From Fidelibacterota bacterium (GTDB taxonomy: Bacteria; Fidelibacterota; Marinisomatia; SCGC-AAA003-L08; JACNLC01), in NCBI GenBank assembly GCA_014381725.1, contig JACNLC010000052.1, positions 744-64,743 of the forward strand: 64,000 nt of DNA. Reading direction: 5' to 3'. Each line of letters begins with the position of its first letter. Positions within the stretch are counted from its first letter, which is position 1. This document shows, one piece after another, positions 21,253 through 29,796 of the stretch. A program made the translations under genes and the position numbers. Under the pieces are notes generated by a model, which worked only from the letters and a program-made list of their open reading frames with translations, ran no database searches and was not told the DNA's origin.

Positions 21253-21903
21253 TTATTCCTCAATCCAAGATGTTTTATTTTTGCTTATCTTAATCCTATT
21301 CTCGCAAATTGCTTTGACTACTTCAGGATATATTTTATGTTCTTCGATAAGAACTCGTTTAGCTAAATCTTCCGGAGAGTCATCCGGAAACACACTTACT
21401 ATTCTCTGTGCAATTATTGAACCCTTATCATACTCCTCATTCACAAAATGAACAGTTGGTCCGGAATATTTTGCTCCAGATTCAATTACTGCTTTGTGAA
21501 CATTCATTCCGAATAATCCTTTCCCACCAAAAGCAGGTAAAAGTGCAGGATGGATATTAATAATCTTATTTGTATACTCTTTAACAATTTCTTTCGGAAT
21601 CAATTTCATAAATCCAGCTAAAACTACCAAGTCGGCTGTTGAAGCTCGTATACTCGATCGCATTGCATCAAGATAACCAAATTTATCAGGATATCCCTTT
21701 GAATTGATAATAATTGTTGATATCCCATTATTTTTTGCATACTCAATTGCCCCACAAGTTGGGTTGTTGCTAACAACTAGTACAATTTCAGCAGAAATTA
21801 TACTATCTTCAATTTTAGAGTGGATAGCCCTAAAATTTGAACCTCCACCGGATGCAAAAATTACGATTCGTTTAGTACTTTTTTGAGTTAAATTTTCAGT
21901 CAT
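21253..21903 (-). CDS. purN: Phosphoribosylglycinamide formyltransferase
   Basis: IVIFASGGGSNFRAI, LAGFMKLI, INIHPALLPAFGG. Confidence 0.9.
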   Translation of the reverse strand: MTENLTQKSTKRIVIFASGGGSNFRAIHSKIEDSIISAEIVLVVSNNPTCGAIEYAKNNGISTIIINSKGYPDKFGYLDAMRSSIRASTADLVVLAGFMKLIPKEIVKEYTNKIINIHPALLPAFGGKGLFGMNVHKAVIESGAKYSGPTVHFVNEEYDKGSIIAQRIVSVFPDDSPEDLAKRVLIEEHKIYPEVVKAICENRIKISKNKTSWIEE

Positions 21904-23225
21904 TTTGAAATAATTTCTCCTATTACGAAAGACTCAGTATTATCTAACAATTTTACTTGATAGATTTTGTTATTCAAATTTTTTGATGAAGTTACTCGCA
22001 CACGAATATAGTTTGATGTCATCCCTGAAGAAAATCCATCTTTACTTGTTTCAAACAAAACAGTTTGAGCAGTGTTAATAAACTTTTCAACATATTGTTT
22101 TTTCTTGTTATTACCGATTTGGTGCAAAATTACACTACGCTCTTTTTTCAATTGTTGATCAATTTTATTTTTCAGTTTTGAGGCAACTGTTCCATCTCTC
22201 TCAGAATATCTAAAAATATGCAAATATGAAAATTGTGAATTTGAAATAAAATCCACAGTTTCTTGAAATTCTTCTTCTGTCTCTCCTGGAAAACCAGTAA
22301 TAATATCTGTTCCACAACTAATGTTTGGGACTATCTTTTGTATTCTATCTTGAAGTGAGATAAAATCACTTATAAAATATTTTCGTCCCATTCGTTCTAA
22401 AACAGTATTGGATCCACTTTGTAATGGAATATGAAGATGGTTGCAAATATTATCTCGCTCCTTGACTAATTGAAGTAAGTTATCTGTTATTGTATTAGGT
22501 TCTATTGAACTGATACGAATTCTATGTAATCCACTTATTTGACTTAGTTTGTCCAATAAATCACACAGTTTAAGTGATTCTGCATTCCAAGTTCCGATAT
22601 TAATTCCAGTAAGAATAATTTCTTTAAAACCTAAATCAACCAATTTTTGAGCTTCTTCAATGCAATCATAGAGTTTTCTACTTCTAGCTCTACCTCTTGC
22701 AAATGGTATAATACAATATGTGCAAAAATAATCACAACCCTCTTGGACTTTCAAGAAGGCACGAGTTCGACCTGTAGATGAGATAAATGGAGATTCTTTG
22801 TAAGCAGTTATTTCTCCCGAGTCATTGACATAAACTAATGGATTTTCTAACTTACTACTCTCTATTTTATTAAGATAATCAAAGATTTGATATTTCTCGT
22901 GTGTACCAAGAATCAAATCAATTCCTTTGATACTTTTCAATTCCTCAGGACTAACTTGAGAATAACAGCCAACAACTATCACACGACAGTTTGGTGAAGA
23001 TTTAACAGCAGTTCGGATTGCTTGCCTACTTTTACTGTCTGCTGAATTAGTAACTGTACAAGTATTAATTATTGTTAAATCTGCTGGATTTCTAAATGGA
23101 ACAATTGTGTAACCATATTCTTCAAATCTCGTTCTTAGAGAATTGGTTTCAGCTTGATTCAACTTACACCCAAGTGTATGAAAACTAACAGTTTGAATTT
23201 TATCTATTTTCGTATTGATAGTCAT
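21900..23225 (-). CDS. mtaB: Radical-SAM methylthiotransferase, MtaB-like (ms2t6A tRNA modification)
   Basis: UPF0004 N-terminus (VSFHTLGCKLNQAE), radical SAM CDYFCTYC, C-terminal TRAM-like region. Confidence 0.8.
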   Translation of the reverse strand: MTINTKIDKIQTVSFHTLGCKLNQAETNSLRTRFEEYGYTIVPFRNPADLTIINTCTVTNSADSKSRQAIRTAVKSSPNCRVIVVGCYSQVSPEELKSIKGIDLILGTHEKYQIFDYLNKIESSKLENPLVYVNDSGEITAYKESPFISSTGRTRAFLKVQEGCDYFCTYCIIPFARGRARSRKLYDCIEEAQKLVDLGFKEIILTGINIGTWNAESLKLCDLLDKLSQISGLHRIRISSIEPNTITDNLLQLVKERDNICNHLHIPLQSGSNTVLERMGRKYFISDFISLQDRIQKIVPNISCGTDIITGFPGETEEEFQETVDFISNSQFSYLHIFRYSERDGTVASKLKNKIDQQLKKERSVILHQIGNNKKKQYVEKFINTAQTVLFETSKDGFSSGMTSNYIRVRVTSSKNLNNKIYQVKLLDNTESFVIGEIISK

Positions 23226-23500
23226 GAACTCACTTAACTAGGTAATGCAATTGTATCATTTTGTAATCCATAAAAGGATTTTCTTGCCAAATTTAGAATG
23301 TTATTTGATTTTATCACTGGAATTTACTCATAATTATCGTACCGAAATTTAGATAATTCATTCTTTTCTTCCCAATCTTTAGTATCCAGTTTGAAAGATA
23401 ATTCTCTTTTATTTAACTTCTCAACTACCTAAATTTTATAAATATTTCGAATACAAGAACAAGTATTACAAGATTACCAACACTTAAAATAGGATTATTA

Positions 23501-24283
23501 TTGAAACACTTATCTCAAAATGACTTTCAAAACTGGAGTGATTATTATCGAGAGTATCAACTCAGATTGGCAAAAGATTATTATATCCCTTTATTAGAAG
23601 AATGGGATTTCTCGGTTACAAGAAAGAAAATTTTAGATATAGGTTGTGGAGATGGTGGTTTTACTTCTGCATTTACTGATTCTGCAAACAGTTGCTCAGG
23701 CATAGAAATTAAATCTTTTGATTGGTCGAAAATATCGAATGTGAATTTTCTAGTTCAAGATATTACTAAATCTAATGCAGTGGAAAATATCGGGAATGAG
23801 TTTGATTTAATCATTCTTCGAGATGTTATTGAACATATTCCACTTGAAAATAAACAAATGTTTTTGGATTCGCTATCAAAGTTTGCACATTCAGAAACAA
23901 AAATATTGATTACTTATCCTCCATTTTACTCACCATTTGGTTTGCATCAACAAACTTTTTTGAAATCTAAATTAAGTAAAATCCCTTTTTTGAGTTGGGC
24001 ACCATCTATTCTCCTACAACCATTACTTAGACTTGTAAAAGAAAACGAAACTGCGATTGAAAATATAAAATACATTCGAGATTGTCGAATGACTATCTCT
24101 AATTTTGAAAAACTAATAAAGCAATCTAACTTTGTTATTGAACAAAACAAATTCTATTTTACTAGACCATCTCACGAAATTCGATATGGATGGAAAACTC
24201 GAATATCTCCATTTGGCAGTATTCCGTTATTAAGAGAGATTTTGGTTTTGGGGACTGTTTATTTGCTGAGTGCTGAAAAATAA
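23501..24283 (+). CDS. Class I SAM-dependent methyltransferase (substrate unknown)
   Basis: Motif I ILDIGCGDGGFT and post-I/II region DLIILRDVIEHI. TTG start. One of only four plus-strand genes. Confidence 0.7.
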   Translation: MKHLSQNDFQNWSDYYREYQLRLAKDYYIPLLEEWDFSVTRKKILDIGCGDGGFTSAFTDSANSCSGIEIKSFDWSKISNVNFLVQDITKSNAVENIGNEFDLIILRDVIEHIPLENKQMFLDSLSKFAHSETKILITYPPFYSPFGLHQQTFLKSKLSKIPFLSWAPSILLQPLLRLVKENETAIENIKYIRDCRMTISNFEKLIKQSNFVIEQNKFYFTRPSHEIRYGWKTRISPFGSIPLLREILVLGTVYLLSAEK

Positions 24284-24327
24284 TAGTGATTTCTTTTCCT
24301 TTTGTTTAATATCAAATTATCACCAAC

Positions 24328-25251
24328 TCATTCAAACAATGCCGTACTCAAGTACCGCTCTCCGGTATCCGGACAAATTACAAGTAGATTCTCGTTTTCT
24401 TTCATTCTTTTTGAAACCTGAATAGCGGACCAAACGGCAGCACCTGTTGATATGCCTGCTAGAATTCCTTCCTCTTTAGCAATTTTCTGGGTCATAAATT
24501 TCGCATCTTCATCAGTAACTTGAATGATTTTATCATAAATAGTTGTATCCAATATTTCTGGTATAAATCCTGCACCAATTCCTTGTATGATATGTTTACC
24601 GGGAGAACCGCCAGATAGCAATGGCGATTTTTTTGGTTCTACTGCTATAATTTGAATCTTTGGAAAATACTCGCGTAAAATTTTTCCTGCACCTGTAATT
24701 GTTCCACCTGTTCCAATTCCGGCTACAAAATAGTCTAATCCTGTTTCTTTGAACTCATCAATAATTTCCGGACCTGTAGTTTTTCTGTGAATTTCTGGAT
24801 TAGCTAAATTCTTAAACTGCATCGGCATAAAATATCCAAATTTTTTCTGTAACTCAATGGCTTTTGCGATTGAGCCTGTCATTCCTGGACCAGCTTCAGG
24901 TTTAATCAAGATAATCTCAGCACCAAAAGCTTTTAGAATAGCAACTCTTTCTTGCGAAACCGTTTCTGGCATCGTTAATATCAGTTTATATCCCCTTTGA
25001 GCAGAAATATATGCCAAAGCAATTCCTGTATTCCCCGAAGTTGGCTCGAGTATTGTATCTCCTGGTTTCAATAATCCTCGTTCTTCAGCATCGAGAATCA
25101 TGCTCAATCCAATTCGATCTTTAACACTACTCATTGGATTAAATGTTTCAAGTTTTCCCCAGACATTTATTGAAGGATTCTCCACAATTTCGTTGAATCT
25201 GACGATTGGTGTATTTCCAATCAATTCTAAAATATTGTTATATTTTGCCAT
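24328..25251 (-). CDS. cysK: Cysteine synthase A (O-acetylserine sulfhydrylase)
   Basis: NPMSSVKDRIGLSMI (PLP Lys), TSGNTGIALAY, GIGTGGTITG. Confidence 0.9.
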   Translation of the reverse strand: MAKYNNILELIGNTPIVRFNEIVENPSINVWGKLETFNPMSSVKDRIGLSMILDAEERGLLKPGDTILEPTSGNTGIALAYISAQRGYKLILTMPETVSQERVAILKAFGAEIILIKPEAGPGMTGSIAKAIELQKKFGYFMPMQFKNLANPEIHRKTTGPEIIDEFKETGLDYFVAGIGTGGTITGAGKILREYFPKIQIIAVEPKKSPLLSGGSPGKHIIQGIGAGFIPEILDTTIYDKIIQVTDEDAKFMTQKIAKEEGILAGISTGAAVWSAIQVSKRMKENENLLVICPDTGERYLSTALFE

Positions 25252-26132
25252 TAATTTTTCCGTTTCTTTTTAATTAACTTTGGATGTTCCGAAATAAATA
25301 CAACTGTATGGTCAGGAATATCTTCTTCAATCCAAGAATTTGCGCCTATATTTACATTATTCCCAATATTCACCGGACCTAAAATTTTTGAACCTGCACC
25401 AATGACTACATGGTTGCCAATATTTGGATGTCGCTTATACCCTTTTTTTAGGATTTCATTTTCATTCTCATCTTTTTCAAAATGTAAAGCACCCAATGTT
25501 ACTCCTTGATAAATCCTGACATGATCTCCAATTATGCAAGATTCACCAATAACAACACCAGTTCCGTGATCAATAAAAAAATACTCACCTATTTCAGCTC
25601 CAGCATGAATGTCGATTCCTGTCATTTTATGAATATGTTCGTTCAATTCTCTTGCATAAGAAGATGCACCTTTTTTGTAAATTTGATTAGTAATCCGTTG
25701 CACCATTACTGCACAAGTTGCCGGATAAGAGCGAATTATTTCAGTATAGCTCGTTGCAGATGGGTCTCCGCTATATGCCGCTTGAATATCCTTCTTCATT
25801 TTATCACGAATTTCAGGTAATTTATCAATAACCTCTCTGACAATTAAAGCCACTTTATCTTTGTCGGCGATATACGGATTTAGTCCCAAATATAGTGAAA
25901 GCCCAAAATCATTTAATTTACTTTCAAGTTGTGATTTATTATTAGGAACACTTAGAAATCCACAGTTCCAATAATTTGGGAATAGAAGTTCTTTCATATA
26001 TTCCAGTTCCGTAAAACAAGGCTCTCGCTTTGGAAAACTGATATGTTGATCTGATATAAACGGCTCTGTATCGGTTGAATACGAGCTAAGCAAATTGTCA
26101 GCTACATTTGTTTGTATTTGATAATATTTCAT
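25251..26132 (-). CDS. cysE: Serine O-acetyltransferase (long form)
   Basis: Left-handed beta-helix hexapeptide repeats (GAEIGEYFFIDHGTGVVIGESCIIGDHVRIYQGVTLG ... IGNHVVIGAGSKILGPVNIGNNVNIGANS). 1-nt overlap with cysK. Confidence 0.85.
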   Translation of the reverse strand: MKYYQIQTNVADNLLSSYSTDTEPFISDQHISFPKREPCFTELEYMKELLFPNYWNCGFLSVPNNKSQLESKLNDFGLSLYLGLNPYIADKDKVALIVREVIDKLPEIRDKMKKDIQAAYSGDPSATSYTEIIRSYPATCAVMVQRITNQIYKKGASSYARELNEHIHKMTGIDIHAGAEIGEYFFIDHGTGVVIGESCIIGDHVRIYQGVTLGALHFEKDENENEILKKGYKRHPNIGNHVVIGAGSKILGPVNIGNNVNIGANSWIEEDIPDHTVVFISEHPKLIKKKRKN

Positions 26133-26206
26133 ATTTGATTTTGTTTTATTATTAATTAATTATTTAACTAAAACTAATACTTTATTTACACACAAACAAC
26201 TGAATT

Positions 26207-26722
26207 TTATCTCAATTTAGTTCTATTATCATAATCTTTGCATTCATAACAAATTTCTTTTGAGATTACATTAAATTGTTGCAAATGTTTATATATCCAG
26301 CAACCAGCACAAAATCCAAATATTGATTCCAGACTTGCAAATAATAACAAAACTAATATGATTATCTTAGAAACTTCTATTAATCCAGATATTGCTAAAA
26401 CAAGTGAAATAGTTGATAATATACCACCAATAGTCTGTGCAAATCTCTTCGGCCGGCTATTTTCCATCGATTTGGGATTACCCAAAATTGGTATAATTAC
26501 TTTTGATGATAATAATGTTAAAGGACTGAAAATTTGACCAGCAATTACTCTAGCCCAAAATCCATAACTTATAAACACCAAAACAATCGAATTTTCTGTG
26601 AATAGATATACAATTGATAAAATGCTAACTAAAGTCGCTACAACTCTTATTGTATATACATTCACATACTCTGGATATTTTAACCAATTTAATTGAAATT
26701 TACTGTCTTTATTATTCTTCAT
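26207..26722 (-). CDS. Small 4-TM membrane protein, DUF4395-like, with C-terminal Cys motifs
   Basis: Four predicted TM helices. Conserved-looking FGFCAGCWIY plus C-terminal CYEC. First gene of the operon with cysE/cysK. The family assignment is from memory of the CxxC-containing DUF4395 pattern, not from a search. Confidence 0.4.
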   Translation of the reverse strand: MKNNKDSKFQLNWLKYPEYVNVYTIRVVATLVSILSIVYLFTENSIVLVFISYGFWARVIAGQIFSPLTLLSSKVIIPILGNPKSMENSRPKRFAQTIGGILSTISLVLAISGLIEVSKIIILVLLLFASLESIFGFCAGCWIYKHLQQFNVISKEICYECKDYDNRTKLR

Positions 26723-26741
26723 TGTTTACCCTTTCCTTTAT

Positions 26742-26780
26742 AAAACAAAAAACCCTTCTATCTATACACGATGAAGGGTT
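26742..26780 (-). terminator. Intrinsic terminator / candidate attenuator immediately upstream of the DUF4395-like-cysE-cysK operon
   Basis: Minus strand reads AACCCTTCATC-GTGTATA-GAT(A)GAAGGGTT followed by TTTTGTTTT. Only about 19 nt, containing AAGGAAAGGG, separate the U-tract from the operon ATG at 26722. Confidence 0.55.
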
Positions 26781-26803
26781 ATTAAAAGTTTTTAACAAAA
26801 TAC

Positions 26804-26878
26804 CTACTCTTGCATAGATCTCCCACATTGCTGGCAACAACAACAGTTTGAAAAAGTAGATATTTGTAGTTTCTTCAT
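26804..26878 (-). CDS. Candidate Cys-rich leader peptide (24 aa): MKKLQISTFSNCCCCQQCGRSMQE
   Basis: My translation of the minus strand: ATG AAG AAA CTA CAA ATA TCT ACT TTT TCA AAC TGT TGT TGT TGC CAG CAA TGT GGG AGA TCT ATG CAA GAG TAG. There are four consecutive Cys codons plus a fifth. The stop lies 23 nt upstream of the terminator hairpin. No clear Shine-Dalgarno sequence. Confidence 0.4.
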   Translation of the reverse strand: MKKLQISTFSNCCCCQQCGRSMQE

Positions 26879-26888
26879 TGCACTTAAA

Positions 26889-26917
26889 TTAATACTGAAG
26901 TTATTTAGATACAAGAA
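26889..26917 (-). promoter_or_regulatory. Possible sigma70-type promoter for the leader/cys operon transcript
   Basis: Minus strand reads TTCTTG - 17 nt - TATTAA. The predicted start would fall only a few nt before the leader ATG, making the leader ORF nearly leaderless. By-eye prediction only. Confidence 0.25.
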
Positions 26918-26923
26918 TTATAT

Positions 26924-26937
26924 TTGCTATTTAGCAA
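26924..26937. promoter_or_regulatory. Perfect dyad TTGCTA-NN-TAGCAA just upstream of the putative -35
   Basis: 6-bp perfect arms with a 2-nt spacer. That is too tight for an RNA hairpin, so it is more consistent with a dimeric DNA-binding protein site. It lies 11 nt after the GNAT stop. Confidence 0.25.
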
Positions 26938-26947
26938 TTATTGTTTA

Positions 26948-27385
26948 TTATTTATTAATTGTCTTCTGAAGTTTGTAATGTTGAATAGAATCAAATAGCA
27001 GGTGAGTTTTCTCATTTATAGTATACCCATGACGATAATAAAAGTCTAATGCTATTTCTCGGGCTTGGAGGATTATATTTTTAGCTCCATTCTCTTTGGC
27101 TAATTTTTCGAGTTCTTTGAGTAACTTAGAACCATATCCATTTTTTTGGAATTTCTCATCTACTGCCATCCAGCGGATTTGTGCAATTGAATCCTCAACA
27201 AAATGCAATCTCCCTACGGCAATCACTTTCCCAGAATCATCAACAATCATTCTATGCAAACAGACAGATTCATTATCGTCTATTTCACTTCCACGCGGTT
27301 GATTCCAAGGCTTGCGTAAAATCCTCCATCGAAGATTGTAATATTCTTCAAACTCTATTTTTGTTTTTGGGGTGATTATTTTCAA
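26948..27385 (-). CDS. GNAT-family N-acetyltransferase
   Basis: Acetyl-CoA binding motif A region IRWMAVDEKFQKNGYGSKLLKELEKLAKENG. 145 aa. Confidence 0.8.
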   Translation of the reverse strand: MKIITPKTKIEFEEYYNLRWRILRKPWNQPRGSEIDDNESVCLHRMIVDDSGKVIAVGRLHFVEDSIAQIRWMAVDEKFQKNGYGSKLLKELEKLAKENGAKNIILQAREIALDFYYRHGYTINEKTHLLFDSIQHYKLQKTINK

Positions 27386-27411
27386 ATTGAACTAAACTGG
27401 ATTTCTATTGA

Positions 27412-28971
27412 TTACCACCAAATCTGTTTCCCATTTTCGATTGTGAAAATTCGTTCTTCTTTTCTAGAGTCTTTTTCAACAAGCCAATATAAACAACCAA
27501 TGGGAACATTCTCAAAGAGCATTGGTTGTTTGGATGCAATTTTCGAACCTAGAGAGATCCACTCATCATTCCAATAAAAGAATTCATACTCTTTTTCTTC
27601 TTTCAAAAAAGTGATAATTTTCCCTTCAGTTGCTTGTGCAATTGTTTTTTGAGTAGTTGATACTAAACTTATATCGTGGATAGAATTCTTATCTAATGTC
27701 AATTCAGTTAAAGCCCCATTATTCTGAAGAATAAATGGATTATCCGCTTGAATCAATTCCTCATCAATATAGAACATCGGTAAATATGCAATATCGACTC
27801 CCATATCGGAAAACAGCACAGAATTATCAACTATTTCTGACCAATGAATCGCCTTCCAATCACCAGAATTGAAGACACATAAATATGCAAACCGAACACT
27901 ATCAGGAATTTCTGAAAACTCTAATCTAACATCTGAAACGGAAGTATATTGTTTAGTTACATCAGTATAATATTTCCCAGACAACCAACCAGGTGCTTTT
28001 TCCCACTCTTTGAGTTTGAATGCAAGGTTATCATATTGTTTAGAATAAGTTTTTCTATAAGCTTTTGCCATTTTTGTTCGGAGTTTATAAGTAGTCGGAT
28101 CGCTCTCGCACCCCATAAAAGGTATTGCTTCTCCATCGGGAGTTAGTATTGCATTCCAAGCGTGATTATTGCCAGTATCTGCCCAATGTGGTGTATAATC
28201 ACTTGTTACTGGAATCCCATTTGCTCGCATTGCATAAATAGCTAAATTTGTCATATCTTCGCATCGTCCCAGTCCTGTTTTGCACATTTCTGAGTAACCT
28301 TGATCAGTTGGATGTAGATAAAAACGAGGATCAAATTTAAACCAAGATTTAATATCCTGATTGATAAATTTTGCTACTTCAATCAAGTCATTTGAATCTT
28401 TAAGTTCAGATGAAATTCCAGTATATTTAGTTTGTAATTCTTTTCTCCAATGCTCTATAGGTTCATTACTTCCACGATATGGTAAAATGTTTTCTTTAAA
28501 GTCATTATAAGTAATATTTTTCGACCAAGTACTTTCTTCCCAAGACTTGAATGCAAACTCGATATTTTCGATAAGTAACTCAGAAGTAATTGTTTCCAAA
28601 TCCAAATCCAATTTCAATCTGCCATAATGTAACTCCCCAAACTCATCTTCAATCTGATTTAGTTTGACAATGATTGAATCATAATTATCATAATCGAGAA
28701 CATTGAATTCAATTTCTGTTTCTGTTGAATCAAAAAAGCCAACCTCAGAATAAAGATGATCCTCCATATTACCAATTAGATAATACAAAGCATCCAATTG
28801 TAATGAATCACCTTTTGTCTTAAAGTGATGAATTGCGTTTAGTAATTCCGACTTGTTTCCTTTTGCTTTAACTAAATTTTCTCTTACAGCTTTTGGATAT
28901 GAATTTGAATAGCACAGAAGAAAAAGCGATACAACTACACTAATAAATATAATAATTTTCTGATTTTTCAT
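27412..28971 (-). CDS. Secreted transglutaminase-like (papain-fold Cys protease superfamily) protein
   Basis: N-terminal signal/anchor. Core GLGRCEDMTNLAIYAMRANGIPV ... NNHAWNAILTPDGE fits the Cys...His...Asp transglutaminase-core arrangement. Confidence 0.65.
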   Translation of the reverse strand: MKNQKIIIFISVVVSLFLLCYSNSYPKAVRENLVKAKGNKSELLNAIHHFKTKGDSLQLDALYYLIGNMEDHLYSEVGFFDSTETEIEFNVLDYDNYDSIIVKLNQIEDEFGELHYGRLKLDLDLETITSELLIENIEFAFKSWEESTWSKNITYNDFKENILPYRGSNEPIEHWRKELQTKYTGISSELKDSNDLIEVAKFINQDIKSWFKFDPRFYLHPTDQGYSEMCKTGLGRCEDMTNLAIYAMRANGIPVTSDYTPHWADTGNNHAWNAILTPDGEAIPFMGCESDPTTYKLRTKMAKAYRKTYSKQYDNLAFKLKEWEKAPGWLSGKYYTDVTKQYTSVSDVRLEFSEIPDSVRFAYLCVFNSGDWKAIHWSEIVDNSVLFSDMGVDIAYLPMFYIDEELIQADNPFILQNNGALTELTLDKNSIHDISLVSTTQKTIAQATEGKIITFLKEEKEYEFFYWNDEWISLGSKIASKQPMLFENVPIGCLYWLVEKDSRKEERIFTIENGKQIWW

Positions 28972-28973
28972 TC

Positions 28974-29795
28974 TTATTTTGCTTTCATAGCTGGATTTGA
29001 ACCAGATTTAGCGGAACATTCTTCCCAAAGAAAACACCAATCGCACAACCTAGATTCCTTCGGATAGAAATTACTTAAATTATTAGATGTTATTATTATC
29101 TCATCAACTTTTTCGACTAATTGTTTTTTAATATTAAGAATATCAGATTCAGAATGTTTTACGCAAACCTCAATTCCCTTTCTTAGATAGTGCCATTTCA
29201 ATACAACTTCATCGACTTGCTCAAAATGTTGCTCAATTGCAATTTGGTACATTGCAAGTTGTAAATCTTTCTGTGCGGCCTTTTGCATTTTTGTCCTTTT
29301 ACCAGTTTTATAATCGTGGATAACAAACTTACCTTTTGAAGGTTGATCCAAACGATCAATGACTCCTTTAAACAAATATTTCCCATCAATAGTAAACTCA
29401 AGTAACAACTCAGTCTCAACCACTTTTTCAGAAAATATCGGGCCATACTTGTTATAATAGTTAGACAAGCATCTTTTACCGGTTGTATAAAGTTCGTCTG
29501 TAGTACAACGATAATTTGGAATATGAATTTTGTCATGCCAATTTTCTACCCAGATTTCATCATAAGTTCTACATATTCTGTCGAAAGTGATATAAGGTTT
29601 TGCACGGTTTTGTGGATTGTACAACCACTCAAGAGTTTCATGAACACATTTCCCCATATAAGCTTCAATGCTCTCTTGTTCTTTTCTAAGTCCGTCAATA
29701 TATACTATTTTAAATTGTTCTTTGCAAGTTTTGAATGTACTTAATCCAGAAAATGAAAAGTGATTATCTAATGATAAAATTGATTTTTGCTTCAT
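28974..29795 (-). CDS. PD-(D/E)XK nuclease, Cas4/AddB-like with 4-Cys (Fe-S) cluster motif
   Basis: N-terminal Cys (FKTCKEQF). Nuclease core GVIDRLD ... FVIHDYKTGK, followed by QLAMYQIA (QxxxY). C-terminal CDWCFLWEEC (CX2CX5C). No CRISPR or cas genes nearby. Confidence 0.75.
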   Translation of the reverse strand: MKQKSILSLDNHFSFSGLSTFKTCKEQFKIVYIDGLRKEQESIEAYMGKCVHETLEWLYNPQNRAKPYITFDRICRTYDEIWVENWHDKIHIPNYRCTTDELYTTGKRCLSNYYNKYGPIFSEKVVETELLLEFTIDGKYLFKGVIDRLDQPSKGKFVIHDYKTGKRTKMQKAAQKDLQLAMYQIAIEQHFEQVDEVVLKWHYLRKGIEVCVKHSESDILNIKKQLVEKVDEIIITSNNLSNFYPKESRLCDWCFLWEECSAKSGSNPAMKAK

Positions 29796-29796
29796 A

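Noticed and set aside
26781-26947. T-box or SAM/S-box riboswitch as the mechanism controlling the terminator upstream of the cys operon
   Set aside because: The spacer is only about 165 nt and extremely AT-rich. I could not find the conserved T-box sequence (AGGGUGGUACCGCG-like) or the GC-rich helices of SAM riboswitches. The leader-peptide model fits better, but it remains a hypothesis.
29198-29536. 112-aa same-strand alternative-frame ORF inside the PD-(D/E)XK nuclease gene (similar cases at 4522-4725, 6327-6512, 8408-8605, 20402-20620, 32257-32499, 63488-63679)
   Set aside because: No recognisable motifs, no independent ribosome-binding context, and each is embedded in a gene whose main frame has clear family signatures. 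I treated them as chance ORFs. Overprinting cannot be excluded without conservation analysis.
27412-29795. Transglutaminase-like protein + Cas4-like nuclease (+ GNAT) as an anti-phage defence island
   Set aside because: There are no partner ATPase, helicase, methylase or effector genes. There are no mobile-element hallmarks, no tRNA or integrase boundary, and no compositional shift. The genes are embedded in a housekeeping operon led by gpmI. I report it only as an uncharacterised operon.
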